DNA of 64,000 bases from Octopus vulgaris (lineage: Eukaryota), in assembly GCA_951406725.2 (NCBI GenBank), contig OX597823.1, positions 113,522,001-113,586,000 on the forward strand, given 5' to 3'. The translations under genes and the position numbers were made by a program. Position 1 is the first letter of the stretch. Each line of letters begins with the position of its first letter. This document shows positions 11,958 through 25,473 of this stretch, in pieces. Below the pieces are notes generated by a model, which was given only the letters and a program-made list of their open reading frames with translations, searched no databases and was not told the DNA's origin.

Positions 11958-14315
11958 CGGGTGTGTGTGTGTGCATGTATGTATGTATATATGTATATAT
12001 GTGTATACATATATATATATATGCCTCTCTCTCTCTTCTCTCCCCACGGGAACGGCGTTCGGCCAAGCCTGATCTTTCTTTCTTGGTCTGGCTCTTGTCC
12101 GTGCAACATCGATATTCCACGCCAGCTTAATTTAACTCGTCCTTAGTCGAAAGACACCTGTTATTATTGTTAATTCCGTTTTCTATATTTCTTAGTACAG
12201 ACCACAAAATGTGTCAGTATTTATCACTTCCACTACCATTAAGATTTTCTAACGTTTAGTAACGATTTATTTATTAGAGAATACAGAGATAAACATGATT
12301 GCTTTCTTCTCCAATAAGACATTCTAAAATATAACTAAAATCGTTGGTATAAGTGTGTCATTTAAAGTTAAAACTATCATTGACGGTTATGATTGTAATA
12401 ATTTTGCTCCAGGTTATCTCAAGTCAAACATATTCTAACTATGTCTATATGACACGTATTTATATCAAACATTACATTGCTCAGTGAGTACCCTCATCTT
12501 CATTTCAACTAACCCCGAAATAGCTTAACTTTGACAACCAGGAGTCAACCGGCATTTTCTAAGATAAACGGCTTTAGGCTTACGTTCATGCATCCATGGA
12601 CTTGACCAACATCGTTAATAGTCTTTTCTGGGGGTTTATTAAAATTTGTATGCGGTCTTTTTGCGGTTCGTTGCTTTTAGGAACTTCACCAAAGTCATTT
12701 TCTAATCCTTTAAAGTCACTCCTGTGGCCATGTGTTTAGCCAGTCAAGCTATGTTATATACTGCCTTTGTTTGTTACAACTCTTCGTGATACATTCTACG
12801 CATTTATATGTTTTAAATAATTGCAACATTAATTATCTTCATCATCAGCATATTTGCCGTCGGTGTTGTCATCGTCGTCGTCGTCATAACCGTCAATATT
12901 TTCGTCGTTGTCGAAATCCCCCTCATCAGCAGCATTGTTATCAACATCATCATTATCTTTGTTGTTACTGTCCCATCAACTTCGTCGTCTTCCTCCTCCT
13001 CCCTCTCATCATCATCATCATCATCGCCCAACAAAAACCATGGATACCACATTCACATTGTTTTGCCTCTTCATCATCCACACGAGGATACTTAGCATCA
13101 GTTTCATTAATATCATCAGACCCATCACAACCCTGATTGTCGTCATCATCGCCTTTACCATCATCATCACCATCATTATCATCGTCGTCTTCGTAGTCGT
13201 CGTAGTCGTCGCCGCCGTCGCCGTAGTCGTCATCATCGACGTTCCTTGTTCGTCGACATTATTATAGAGCCATTTCTGGAAAGATTACACAAAAGAATAA
13301 TTAATTAATTCTAGAAAAAGATAATTGGAAATAAATTGAAAGAACCGGTTGGTTGAGGCTGTAATATCGTTGACTGTTTTCATAGTTTCTCACAATATAA
13401 AACTACTGCTTTATTAGAGCTCTCTGGAGCAGAGGTGAGATTAGCTTGATTGGTAATGAATAAACTCACACAGACACAGACATATACTAAGACACAAACA
13501 CTCACACAAACACAAAACCAGGTACAAACAGGTGCACACATTCACTTACGCACACAGGGAGAACCGTATGTACATAAATATAAATATGCTTAAATATTTA
13601 CACGCATACATCTAGACACATGGACATATGGACAACTTTGTGTGAGAGATTGCCCGCTGGTAGGATATAGAAATATTAATCTCCTACATGAGGTAAATTT
13701 AATAATAAACTTCGCTTAGGGAGGTCCAGGAATTTGAAGAGGGTAGAATCAGGTATTAGTCGTTATTGTTCCCAGGTCTAACCTGACTGGAATAGAATCA
13801 CTAGTCAGGGTCCTAACTATGAGTTAATTAGCATGTTATAAGAAAAGAAAACTAATATAAACCCTCACTGTCCTGTGAGTGTCTTGGAAGAAGAAAAGAT
13901 ATGGGGGTGGGAGCAAATTTGACAGGTAGTCGAGGAGTAGGATCCCGCTGACCGGCTGTTGCCCTCTGTGATTAACTTTCAGTGGCTCTAGGTAAGTGGA
14001 CCGCTCCGGCCCTGTAAATCAACTTAGCAACGACAAAGCAACTTCAAAGTAAAATTTACAGCTTGCTGATAACTGCATCGTCTTAACCGCTGAACCATTC
14101 TGGCCAGACATCCCAATAGTATCAAATTACGCGGGTTGGCCTACACTTTAGAGATACTATGGGTAGGCATTTAAAAAAAGCTGCGACAAAAATACATATG
14201 TGTGTGTGTGAGAATGTGTCTTTGTATATATGTATGTGCGTGTGGATGTGTGCGCATATATATATAACATGTATATTCAGACTTCTACATGCATAAACAC
14301 ACACACTCATGCATT

Positions 14316-14347
<32 letters not shown>

Positions 14348-14810
14348 AATGAGGGTGAAAAATCGATATTAATTTAATAATACTGTCAATTTAACACCAA
14401 GTGGCTTAGCACAAAAAACTACGGAGAAAATACAAATTTATACATAAATTATTAGAAAGTGGATAACTCTCTAATAATTTATATATATATATATATATAT
14501 ATAATCATCATCAAAGATCATTTAACGTCCGTTTTCCATGCTGGGAGCACGTGCATATGTTTAAATATATACAGAAACAGGTACTCAATTCTGTGTAAGT
14601 TGCAGGTACGACCTCGGGATTGTTCCAAGAATGGAATTTGCACAAACATAGGTTAATTTAAAAATTCACTGCAGGTGTTTCGGTAGCATTTCATTTGAAA
14701 CAAATTATAGAAAACAAATTGTAGAAAATTAGAACTGATCTGCCTACTAGGTTGATAATGCTTTATGTGAATATATACATAATTACGTATAAGTACGAAT
14801 ATATGTGTGC

Positions 14811-14889
<79 letters not shown>

Positions 14890-15108
14890 CATATATGAGG
14901 AATGACCACTATGTGGACATCCATATGCTAGAAGTCGGTCACCCCATATTTTCTCCTTTCCCGAGGCACTCACATAACAAGGAGGGCTTATTTTAGTTTT
15001 CTTTTCTTCGGGTTTTTCTATATGCTAGACCACTGGTTTAAAATTTATATTAATCAAATTCATATTCAATTTTTCACCCTTCTTCTTCTTCTTCTTCTTC
15101 TTCTTCTT

Positions 15109-15723
<615 letters not shown>

Positions 15724-15934
15724 AACATTTATAACTGAAAAGTATTCACAGACTTGAATCTTTTGTCTCATTCTGTTAATTTTTATATATATGCATGCTA
15801 ATACATGAACTTTTTGGGACTCCTCATTCTTATCATTATCGAACCTAGCGCTTAACTATAATCTGTTCATAGCACTTACTCAGCACTACCTGATAACTTA
15901 GGTTCTTCTTGACACCAATAACTCTCACATCCTT

Positions 15935-16006
<72 letters not shown>

Positions 16007-16176
16007 TTTTAGAACTTATATGCCTACTATGTTGATAATGCTTTATGTGAATATATTTCTCTTCTCGAAGTTATTTTTGAATAATCATGACGCGCACTCT
16101 TTGCCCTTTCCTACTTGCCTGTCTGTCTTCCTCTCTACTTATCTCTCTCGTTCTTATTTTCCACCCTTTCTGGTTT

Positions 16177-16208
<32 letters not shown>

Positions 16209-16794
16209 CTTCTCCTCCTACTCCTCCTGACCAGAGTGCTGCTAAAATTTTCTTTCAGCTTCGTCCTTCAACAAGTATAGATCGACTTTTGTCCTTCATA
16301 AGCCGATTTTTCACATGCGTTCCAACTAATTTTTGCACCGTCCAGGTAAAAAAAATCCCTTATTGTCTGTTCCCTGTCCTGTTTCTTTATTTGTACTGTT
16401 TTTTCTTCAATTGTATTGCTTTTATTTCCTGTTTTTGTCACTTGTTTTACCCCTCTTTAAAATAATTTTATTTAATTCCCTTTGCAGGAAGTACTGCTTC
16501 GGCCGTGTTCTGTCCTTACCTTAGAAACACACTTTGAATCGAACCAGGGACAGCTGATGAAGGGGATGCTTCCTTGTATTGTTTGTCCTGTACTCTGTTT
16601 TTTCGTTGTTTAAAAAAAGTCCGTTTCCTTGTTTAATTTTATGTTTTCGTCTCTCGTTGTGTTCCACGTTTATTTGTGGTGTCCTGTACTCATATATATA
16701 TATATATATATATATATGCATGCATATATACATGTAGATGTACGTATGTACATATATGTATGTATATATGCATATATTTTATTTATTTATAATA

Positions 16795-16861
<67 letters not shown>

Positions 16862-16891
16862 CAAAATAAGCAACACGGATATCAAAAGTAG

Positions 16892-16958
16892 TGCAGTACA
16901 ATCGTTTCATGCTACTTTATTACATCAATTATAAAATGTCGAGCATTCTTCAGCTACA
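16892..16958 (-). ncRNA. Type I hammerhead ribozyme (long stem II)
   Basis: Minus strand reads UGUAG-CUGAAGA-AUGCU...AGCAU-GAAA-CGAUUG-UA-CUGCA. The core is complete and stems I-III can pair. Confidence 0.7.
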
Positions 16959-17245
16959 TATAGATTTTTTGTAATTACATGGACAATGTAAATTTTTATA
17001 CTTATTAAATATATATATATATATATAAATATATAATGATAAATATCAAAGTGAGTTATATACAGTAGCGGTAACACATCGTGACGTATTTTTGCCATTT
17101 CAATATGGCTAACCCCTAAGGGTGGATGCTACTGTAGTTTTTAGCCCCAGGAGGACACACTCCTCCAGCTGGCCATAGACACACTATCTGTGTCCTGTCA
17201 GTATTTGCAAAGGGAAGTCATCCTTCCCGTCTTCAACTTATGATA

Positions 17246-17290
17246 CACACGGACTCGAGTTTCGAGGTATTGACCTCTCGTCAGCGTGTG
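17246..17290 (-). ncRNA. Type I hammerhead ribozyme, copy 1
   Basis: CACACG-CUGACGA-GAGGU CAAU ACCUC-GAAA-CUCGAG-UC^-CGUGUG. Confidence 0.9.
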
Positions 17291-17597
17291 ACAATCACAG
17301 TTGTCGCCGAGAATTAGATTTCCTTCACAAATACTTATACTTTTTCCAGCGTCCACTGTCGCTGATATTGAAAAAGTGAAATCAAACAATGATAAATATC
17401 AAAGTGAGTTATATACAGTAGCGGTAACACATCGTGACGTATTTTTGCCATTTCAATATGGCTAACCCCTAAGGGTGGATGCTACTGTAGTTTTTAGCCC
17501 CAGGAGGACACACTCCTCCAGCTGGCCATAGACACACTATCTGTGTCCTGTCAGTATTTGCAAAGGAAGTCATCCTTCCCGTCTTCAACTTATGATA

Positions 17598-17642
17598 CAC
17601 ACGGACTCGAGTTTCGAGGTATTGACCTCTCGTCAGCGTGTG
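17598..17642 (-). ncRNA. Type I hammerhead ribozyme, copy 2
   Basis: Identical to copy 1 and 352 nt away on the same strand. Confidence 0.9.
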
Positions 17643-17972
17643 ACAATCACAGTTGTCGCCGAGAATTAGATTTCCTTCACAAATACTTATACTTTTTCCA
17701 GCGTCCACTGTCGCTGATATTGAAAAAGTGAAATCAAACAATGATAAATATCAAAGTGAGTTATATACAGTAGCGGTAACACATCCACCCTTAGGGGTTA
17801 GCCATATTGAAATGGCAAAAATACGTCACGATGTGTTACCGCTACTGTATATAACTCACTTTGATATTTATCATTGTTTGATTTCACTTTTTCAATATCA
17901 GCGACAGTGGACGCTGGAAAAAGTATAAGTATTTGTGAAGGAAATCTAATTCTCGGCGACAACTGTGATTGT

Positions 17973-18017
17973 CACACGCTGACGAGAGGTCAATACCTCG
18001 AAACTCGAGTCCGTGTG
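17973..18017 (+). ncRNA. Type I hammerhead ribozyme, copy 3 (inverted unit)
   Basis: CTGACGA 17979-85, stem II 17986-99, GAAA 18000-03, ACTCGAGT palindrome; predicted cleavage after C18011. Confidence 0.9.
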
Positions 18018-18346
18018 TATCATAAGTTGAAGACGGGAAGGATGACTTCCCTTTGCAAATACTGACAGGACACAGATAGTGTGTCTATGGCCAGCTGGAG
18101 GAGTGTGTCCTCCTGGGGCTAAAAACTACAGTAGCATCCACCCTTAGGGGTTAGCCATATTGAAATGGCAAAAATACGTCACGATATAAATATATACATA
18201 TATATAAATCAAATCACCCAATTGATTTATATGGATAATACCATACCAAATTCTGGTGCCTTTAAATTTAGTACCATATTCATCTGAATTTTGCTGAACT
18301 TATATATATATATATATATAACAATTTATATATATATATATATATA

Positions 18347-18530
18347 TAAACAAAAGACGAAGACAGGTGGTGTACAAAGCAAACAGATGTATTAGTATAA
18401 CACTCAGGAATAGAAAAAGTCTTTTACGTTTCGAGCCAATGCTCTTCTACAGAAAGGTACACAGAAAAACAAGGAGAGAAACAAGGAGAGAAAAAAATGT
18501 GTGTAGTGTCTAACGATCTATCATGGTGAC
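18347..18530 (-). repeat. Penelope-pLTR-like repeat family E with a minimal hammerhead-like motif (18421-18456)
   Basis: Homologous to ~30400-30580, ~38890-39070, ~43880-44010 and ~52607-52722. The minus-strand motif is CUUU-CUGUAGA-A-GAGC AUUG GCUC-GAAA-CG-UA-AAAG. Confidence 0.6.
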
Positions 18531-18722
18531 TGTCGGACAGAAGGGTCACACAAGAGAGCGAAGACGTAGGAGAGATAACAAAGTAGTAGTCATCCCAAAA
18601 TGAAGGTGAGTGTGTGTAAGAGAGTACGTATGTGCGTGTGAAAGAAGGCTGGTGCTGTTGACGTGTGCGTGTGTGTATGTGTGTGTATATAACAATATGC
18701 ATATTATAATATATTATATATT

Positions 18723-18778
<56 letters not shown>

Positions 18779-18779
<1 letters not shown>

Positions 18780-19090
18780 TAGTGATATCGCCCGTTGTTG
18801 CTCGGGTTTGTTTCGACCCTTTAGAATTGGAATTTTTGAAAAGTGAGATACAACGAAAAATGGCGAGAAAGCAGTAAAAGAAATAGCAAAAATGCACCTT
18901 TTGATGTATATATTTTTGGGTGTTAACATGGTCCGATTTGAATTTTTTTCTGCTATGGAAGGAAGAGCAAGCCATATTCTATCATACTCTTAATTTTGGT
19001 CAACTTTCACCGCAGGGTCTCGGAGGTGATATTGTTAGTTGAAGGCTATCAAACCTGCCATACATAGACAACTTCCGTTTTATAAATATA
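18779..19090 (-). mobile_element. Non-autonomous Helitron (related subfamily)
   Basis: Has the same CTAG/hairpin terminus (ctagtgatatcgcccgttgttgctcggg) with a different internal sequence. Confidence 0.6.
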
Positions 19091-19545
19091 TAAACATATA
19101 TATATCAATAGAAAGATAGATCAACAGGAAAGATGTCGGATATTTTCGCCGATCACTAACATTCTAGACATAGAGATAGATAGATAGATAGATAGATAGA
19201 TAGTGTGCGTACATAGCCATAGCGAGACTATATATGTTCATTGTAAAATAATCGATAGCAATGCAGTTTATACAATCACACACACACACACACATCCAAT
19301 TTATTACTTGTCTCGATAACAATGCTAAAATTAATAGGTAAAATAGTATTTGCGATTCTATTCAGTTCTATAGACAGTGGTGACTACAATGATGGGGGAA
19401 CATGGGGGATTTTGACTATTATTATTATTATGGTGTAGGACTGTTACGACTTGTATTGTTGATCGCAAACATAATGGTTCAGCGATAACTGAATTAATGA
19501 ATGAATAATAATCTGTTGATATACACATATGTATACATAGTACAT

Positions 19546-19630
<85 letters not shown>

Positions 19631-19645
19631 TATATATATGTGTAT

Positions 19646-19695
<50 letters not shown>

Positions 19696-20305
19696 ACATA
19701 TATATGTATACATATATTTTTATATAGCATATAATACATATAGTTATATACGCACTTATACATACAGTCGTGAATGCATGTATACGTATAGTCAATTATC
19801 AATACGCAGGTATTTATAAACATCGACACAAAGTCTCTGTGCAAAATATTATGAATGCGGACAATATGAAGAGAAGCGGAAAATACGATTATGATGTCCC
19901 ATTTCGTAGGTAAAATTATCATTAATTTCTACATAGTAATGACTGTTGCCGTCAAGGGCCATGGGAATGACTAAATCGCTACTGTTCAGAACTAAATACT
20001 ATTTAGAAATATTTTCGATCTTTTGTTCAAACTTCTTCGATGTTGACTTGCGCTTTCAAAAAATTTCAGTTTCGATAAACAAAGTATTATTTGCAGACTA
20101 TTCAAGCGACATTCCCCGCTTCAGGTGAAAAGATAATGACCTTTACGTTAGACACAGGAAAAATCAATAATTGTTCTAACCAACAAGAGAGCTCCCGTCA
20201 AGCAGAACCTGAGATACAGTTTCACTTTACAAGATATGGTATCAATAATGATGATGACCAGAAAAATAGGATCCTAGCTTTTATTTAATATCAACTGTAT
20301 CTCAG

Positions 20306-20695
20306 ACGGCTAGCTGGTAGAAACGTTAGCACGCCGGCCAAAATGTTTAACAGTATTTCGCCTGCCGCTACGTTCTGAGTTCAAATTCCGCCGAGGTCGA
20401 CTTTGCCTTTCATCCTTCGGAGTCGATTAAATAAGTACCAGTTACGCACCCTGGTCAATATAATCGACTTCAATCCGTTTGTCTGTTCTTGTTTGTCCTC
20501 TCTGTCCTTAGCCCCTTGAGGGTAGTAAAGAAATAAGTATTTCGTCAGTCTTTATGTTCCGCGTTCAAATTCCGCCTGGTTCAATTTTGCTTTTGAGACT
20601 CGATAAAATAAATACCAGTTGATCACTGGGGTTGATAGAATCGACTTTCTGCCTCTCACCAAAATGTTTAGCCTTGTGTCAAAATTAGAAATCAA
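20306..20695 (+). mobile_element. SINE family B copy plus an adjacent partial copy
   Basis: tRNA-like head with GAGTTCAAATTCC, then 'gtcgactttgcctttcatccttcggagtcgattaaataagtacc'. Confidence 0.8.
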
Positions 20696-21120
20696 TATTT
20701 TCTGTACCTATTTAAATCCTTATTTTAATCTCACAGATCTATTCCTTGTCAGATATTCTCCAATGTTTTTGAATTTAAGCTAAAGTGAGTAAATAGCATG
20801 CTTAACATATATGAGTCAACAAAGAAATTTTATGCAAACGATCGACTGATTAGAAATCTCAACGAAGTATCTTCTGAATTACAACTGACTCTCGTAAAAT
20901 TTGAAGGATAAACACATGTATTTTAAGATACCGTACTTCTAGTTACAATGTGACTTTGAACCTAGACGTAGACATGTCTACTACTTGTATAACATATTTA
21001 GTCCGTAAGGCTTCTGAATCAAAGCTGACGTTTGATTTAGTAACAGTATCTGTTTAGCTATATGGCTTCTTCATTCCCAAAACATTTAAAGTAAGTGCCT
21101 ACTAAGATATAGTTATGTTT

Positions 21121-21537
21121 ACTTTTACTCTTTTACTCTTTTACTTGTTTCAGTCATTTGACTGCGGCCATGCTGGAGCACCGCCTTTAGTCGAGCAAAT
21201 CGACCCCGGGACTTATTCTTTGTAAGCCCAGTACTTATTCTATCGGTCTCTTTTGCCGAACCGCTAAGTGACGGGGACATAAACACACCAGCATCGGTTG
21301 TCAAGCAATGCTAGGGGGGGACAAACACAGACACACAAATATACACACACATATATATATATACATATATCCGACAGGCTTCTTTCAGTTTCCGTCTACC
21401 AAATCCACTCACAAGGCATTGGTCGGCCCGAGGCTATAGCAGAAGACACTTGCCCAAGATGCCACGCAGTGAGACTGAACCCGGAACCATGTGGTTGGTA
21501 AGCAAGCTACTTACCACACAGCAACTCCTGCGCCTAT
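21121..21537 (-). mobile_element. Full-length SINE family A with an 18-bp TSD
   Basis: TSD TAAGATATAGTTATGTTT at 21103-21120 and 21538-21555; tRNA-like A/B boxes; (AAAAGAGT)n tail. Confidence 0.92.
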
Positions 21538-22104
21538 TAAGATATAGTTATGTTTGAGCTAAATTTCTTCTCATATGTTAACAAAACAATTTATGCATAA
21601 ATGCCCTCGTGTCATTGATCGGCTACGGGGTTGTTGTCTGAATACATATAATCCTGACTTATTGAATAATCCAACAGTGGATACTGAAAAGGCCGCTTGA
21701 TTATAGGCCTGATTAAACAAGAGATGTGAATGTCTAAAGAACATCAACAGCATCTTGAGCCATATATCTCTATCCTAAGTTAAACTCATCTCGAATTTGT
21801 GGAATTCTTTCAGGCAGAGAGAGCTCTTAACTGTTTAATATAAGCGATGTCAGCCTAATGTCTCGTATATTGCTGGTAAACATTAGTTCTATGTCTCCCT
21901 TTACAGACATATGCAGTCTTAACGCTCTGGTAGAACAATTAAGCAAATATACCTAAAATTATCATCTATCATCTTCAATGAAAAAACCTTGTATTGTATG
22001 ATGTAGAGCCTGGTATACCAAACACAGACGGGGCATGACTAGAAAACATTTATTGTTACAATAAAGAAAAAGAAGAACCTAAATATCATTAACAATGAAA
22101 GTAG

Positions 22105-22345
22105 AGCTGCGTGGCTTAGTGATTGGGGCGTTGGACCTATGATCATGAGAGTGTGGTTTCGATTCCTGGATCAGGCGACGCGTTGCTTTCTTGAGCACAA
22201 AATTTAATTTCACGTTGCTCCAGCCCACTCTGCTCACAAACAATAGTTATCCTGTGCCGTCCGGTTGGGGAATTTATACGCCATGGAAACCGATAAACTG
22301 GCCCTTATCAGTCGGAATGACAAGAGACGATAACTTTACTTTAAC
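22105..22345 (+). mobile_element. tRNA-derived SINE family D (degenerate)
   Basis: A-box TGGCTTAGTGA and B-box GTTTCGATTCC; homologous to 56350-56598. Confidence 0.65.
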
Positions 22346-23188
22346 AATGAATACAATATCTACACAAAATATAATTTGAACTCTTTGTTATTCAAAGTTA
22401 AGTACCAGAGAAAAGGTGATACGCAGTTGAGACATTTTTCTGGCGTTTCAACATATGAAGGGAATAGCGAAAATATGTGACATTTTGAAATATAGAATGT
22501 GTATATCTCACTAATGAGTTCTATCTAGAACAAAATATAGTCTTCCATTATTTGGTTTTTAAACACTAGAACCTCCCAAATCTGCATTGTTATATGTCCA
22601 AACATTTCGATCAACGAATCTTTTTCCTGATATTACATATAGTTTTATTATTTTCGCTTTTAGATTTTTCTCAAATTTACAGGGGGTTTTTGTAAATAAA
22701 TTGGCTAGATTATCTCAGCTGAATTCAACGTTATATGTTATTTATGTGCGTCACAATATTACTTTATGTAGTATTCAAAGGCTCCTCTGTTTTTTTCCGT
22801 TTTATTTCTTTTTTAATTTCAGAAACCGATTGTGACGAACCAAAGGGTGATTTTTCTATTGGTCAGATGCAAATCGTTACCAAGGCATCCTGAAACGATT
22901 TCATGAAACAGTAGAACACAGGTTTATTTTGAAATAAGCACATAAGGAGCATATGGCAATAATTGGTTGAATAGGTGAAAATGGAATCAATATAAGTGAT
23001 TTATATTTTTTATGTCCCGAGCAAATTGACCATGACCGGCAATTTCTGTCATCTTTTTTCAATATGTCTTTCACGCTCGGTTTTCGATATAATTGAGTAG
23101 ACATTTATAATTCCTGGATTGCTGGAAAATTATATTATTTTGTTTGTCATGACATATCTTCAGGCGTTACGCATTTAACAGCCTTAAG

Positions 23189-23723
23189 TTGGGACCGGAA
23201 AAGGTCAATAAATATCTGCCATTACATTTTTAATCAACCAAATATGAACCATTTTGCTGCACAATGCGTCTCCATCTTTCCTTTAACTTGAAAATACCCT
23301 CTTCATAGAACTAAGGTGGTTTTATGGCAAAGAAGTGATCAAGGTATCTTTTTACGTCATCCAAGGAATTGAAATTTTTACCATTAAGACTATACTGCAG
23401 AGACCTGAATAGGTGGAAATCCAAAGGAGCAATATCTGGTTAATATGGAGGGTTGGGGTAACACATCCCAGCCGAGCTGCAGCAATTTTTGTCTGGTTCC
23501 CAAATCATCAAGATAAGAAAATGAACTTTCTTATTTTCCATTTTAAAAGGTTACAGAATTAACACAGGTTTAGGAACATTAAACCTTCTTCCACGAAAAG
23601 ATATATTAAACTCTGCTCTAAATGGAGGTGTATTCAAATCTAATTTTCTGGACTCAACCATGTTCCAAAATAAGTCAAAAGTTAAGCTGCTATAAATCGG
23701 CACGAACTATCCGGAAAGCCCAA
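23189..23723 (-). mobile_element. Second copy of the deleted mariner MITE
   Basis: Colinear with 11385-11905; the right TIR aaatcggcacgaactatccggaaagcccaa is followed by TA. Confidence 0.85.
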
Positions 23724-24450
23724 TAGAAAACAAGGACGAAACTATTTAGTATAATAAAGCAAATGCTTGTGTCACAATTTAAACCAATTTTAGTAAGTCG
23801 ACAATATGAAACCTAATTATATTTTGCCTAATGACGTAACACGACATAAATTCTACAATGTTATGCATAAAAGCGAAATAAGAAAATTCATATATCGTGG
23901 AAGTAACGCCGATACCAATTTTATTGCTGTTAGTTATTTGAGAGAATTTGTAAAGTTTCAAATATAACAATATTTAATAAGAGTTTGAAGCTATGAATTT
24001 AGAAACAATTTTCATTGTTTTCTTGCTTGCAGTCCTCAAAATTAAAATTTTAATAACATAATAGTGTATATATAATTGACTGCACCATCACATAAATTGG
24101 AAAAAAAATCAACGATGGTCAAATTTAAGAAGTACAGAGTTGTAAGTCATTTTATCACGTAGGGTGTGATAAATATTTAAACACCTTAATATTCAAATCT
24201 AGGTTTCATTTTATCCCTAGAGATCAAAATGATATTTGCCTATAATTTCACGAAGCCAATCTACCCAACAACAGTTCGTATGAAAATGTTTGCACCACTT
24301 TCTGTGACGGTTACCAATGCTTGTTGTTGTCGAAGTTGTTCTATATTATGCATTGACATATTTCCATGTTCGTTAGAAAAATGTGAAAATATGATAAACG
24401 ATTCAAGATATGTCAATATAAGAATTGACATGTCTGGAATAAATATTATG

Positions 24451-24487
<37 letters not shown>

Positions 24488-24767
24488 TGTGTGTGAGTGT
24501 GTGTGTGGGTGTGGGTGGGTGTCTGTGTAGTATGAAATACACTGTACAACCAGCAAGTCTTTGTCAGGTCTGTATCATGCACTCGCTATCATATACGTCT
24601 CTAGTTTCTCTTGTGTCTCTAGTCACACACTCAGATTCTCTCTCCTCCTACATCTTCCTATATATATATAATTTTTATTTGAGAGAATAAAATCCAAATT
24701 TACGAGGAAAAATAATTCAATTTAGAAATGCTAAATCAAATTCCATGCAATATAATATATATATAAA

Positions 24768-25077
24768 ATATTAGAAAAAAACCCATCTATTACTATTATC
24801 AATTCAAAATGAATAATTAAATTACACCATCTAGAAAATTACATATAATAGAAAAGTTAAAATTAAAATAACAACTAAAAAGTAAAGATTAAGTAAATTA
24901 CAAAAATAATATAATGTATATAATAGGTATATAATACATTATTTTATTTTTGTGATTTACTTAATCTTCACTTTTTAATTGTTATATTAATTTTAACTTT
25001 TCTATTATATGCAATTTTCCAGATGGTGTAATTTAATTATTCATTTTGAATTGATAAAAGGTGTTTTTTTCTAATAT
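24768..25077. repeat. Long AT-rich palindrome (~150-bp arms, centre ~24923)
   Basis: 'tatcaattcaaaatgaataattaaattacaccatct...' is mirrored by '...agatggtgtaatttaattattcattttgaattgata'. Confidence 0.85.
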
Positions 25078-25078
25078 G

Positions 25079-25129
<51 letters not shown>

Positions 25130-25151
25130 CATACATACATATATGTGTCTA

Positions 25152-25206
<55 letters not shown>

Positions 25207-25473
25207 GTATATGTGTATATATATATAATAGAAGCAGATAATTTATTTAAACTTTGCATAGTGAAATAACCTCCCTTAGAACTAACCACCTATAAATTCC
25301 CATAGTGCTCTGCTATATTCACTTCCACTAATCGCCATTTTGGATGACATCTTGAACCTTTCACAATGGGATATGTGTCTTTATTTTTTTACTTTTAATC
25401 ACAGACTGATTCTGATTTATAATTTTATGATTCTATGATTTTATATTGGACATTCTAATTTTGATAAACGTAT

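Larger units (their letters stand above)
17035..18185. mobile_element. Hammerhead-bearing ~353-bp tandem + inverted repeat array (non-LTR retrozyme / Penelope pLTR-like)
   Basis: Direct units lie at 17035-17387 and 17388-17739 (1-bp indel), with a partial unit at 17740-17785. An inverted copy at 17782-18185 is joined through CATC microhomology. The array is flanked by TA-rich tracts. Confidence 0.9.

Noticed and set aside
12810-13270. Asp/His/Met-rich ORFs
   Set aside because: Degenerate (CAT)/(CGT) trinucleotide tract with no splice or domain support.
16520-16590. CTGATGA motif as a hammerhead (likewise the minus-strand CTGATGA at ~76-82)
   Set aside because: No correctly placed stem II + GAAA could be built.
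17035-17785. CRISPR-like or satellite interpretation of the array
   Set aside because: There are no unique spacers and only ~3 units; the hammerheads explain it better.
17198-18065. Repeated 63-90 aa ORF 'MFDFTFSISATVDAGKS...'
   Set aside because: Short, non-ATG start, frameshifted between copies and no recognisable domain; it is a by-product of the ribozyme repeat.
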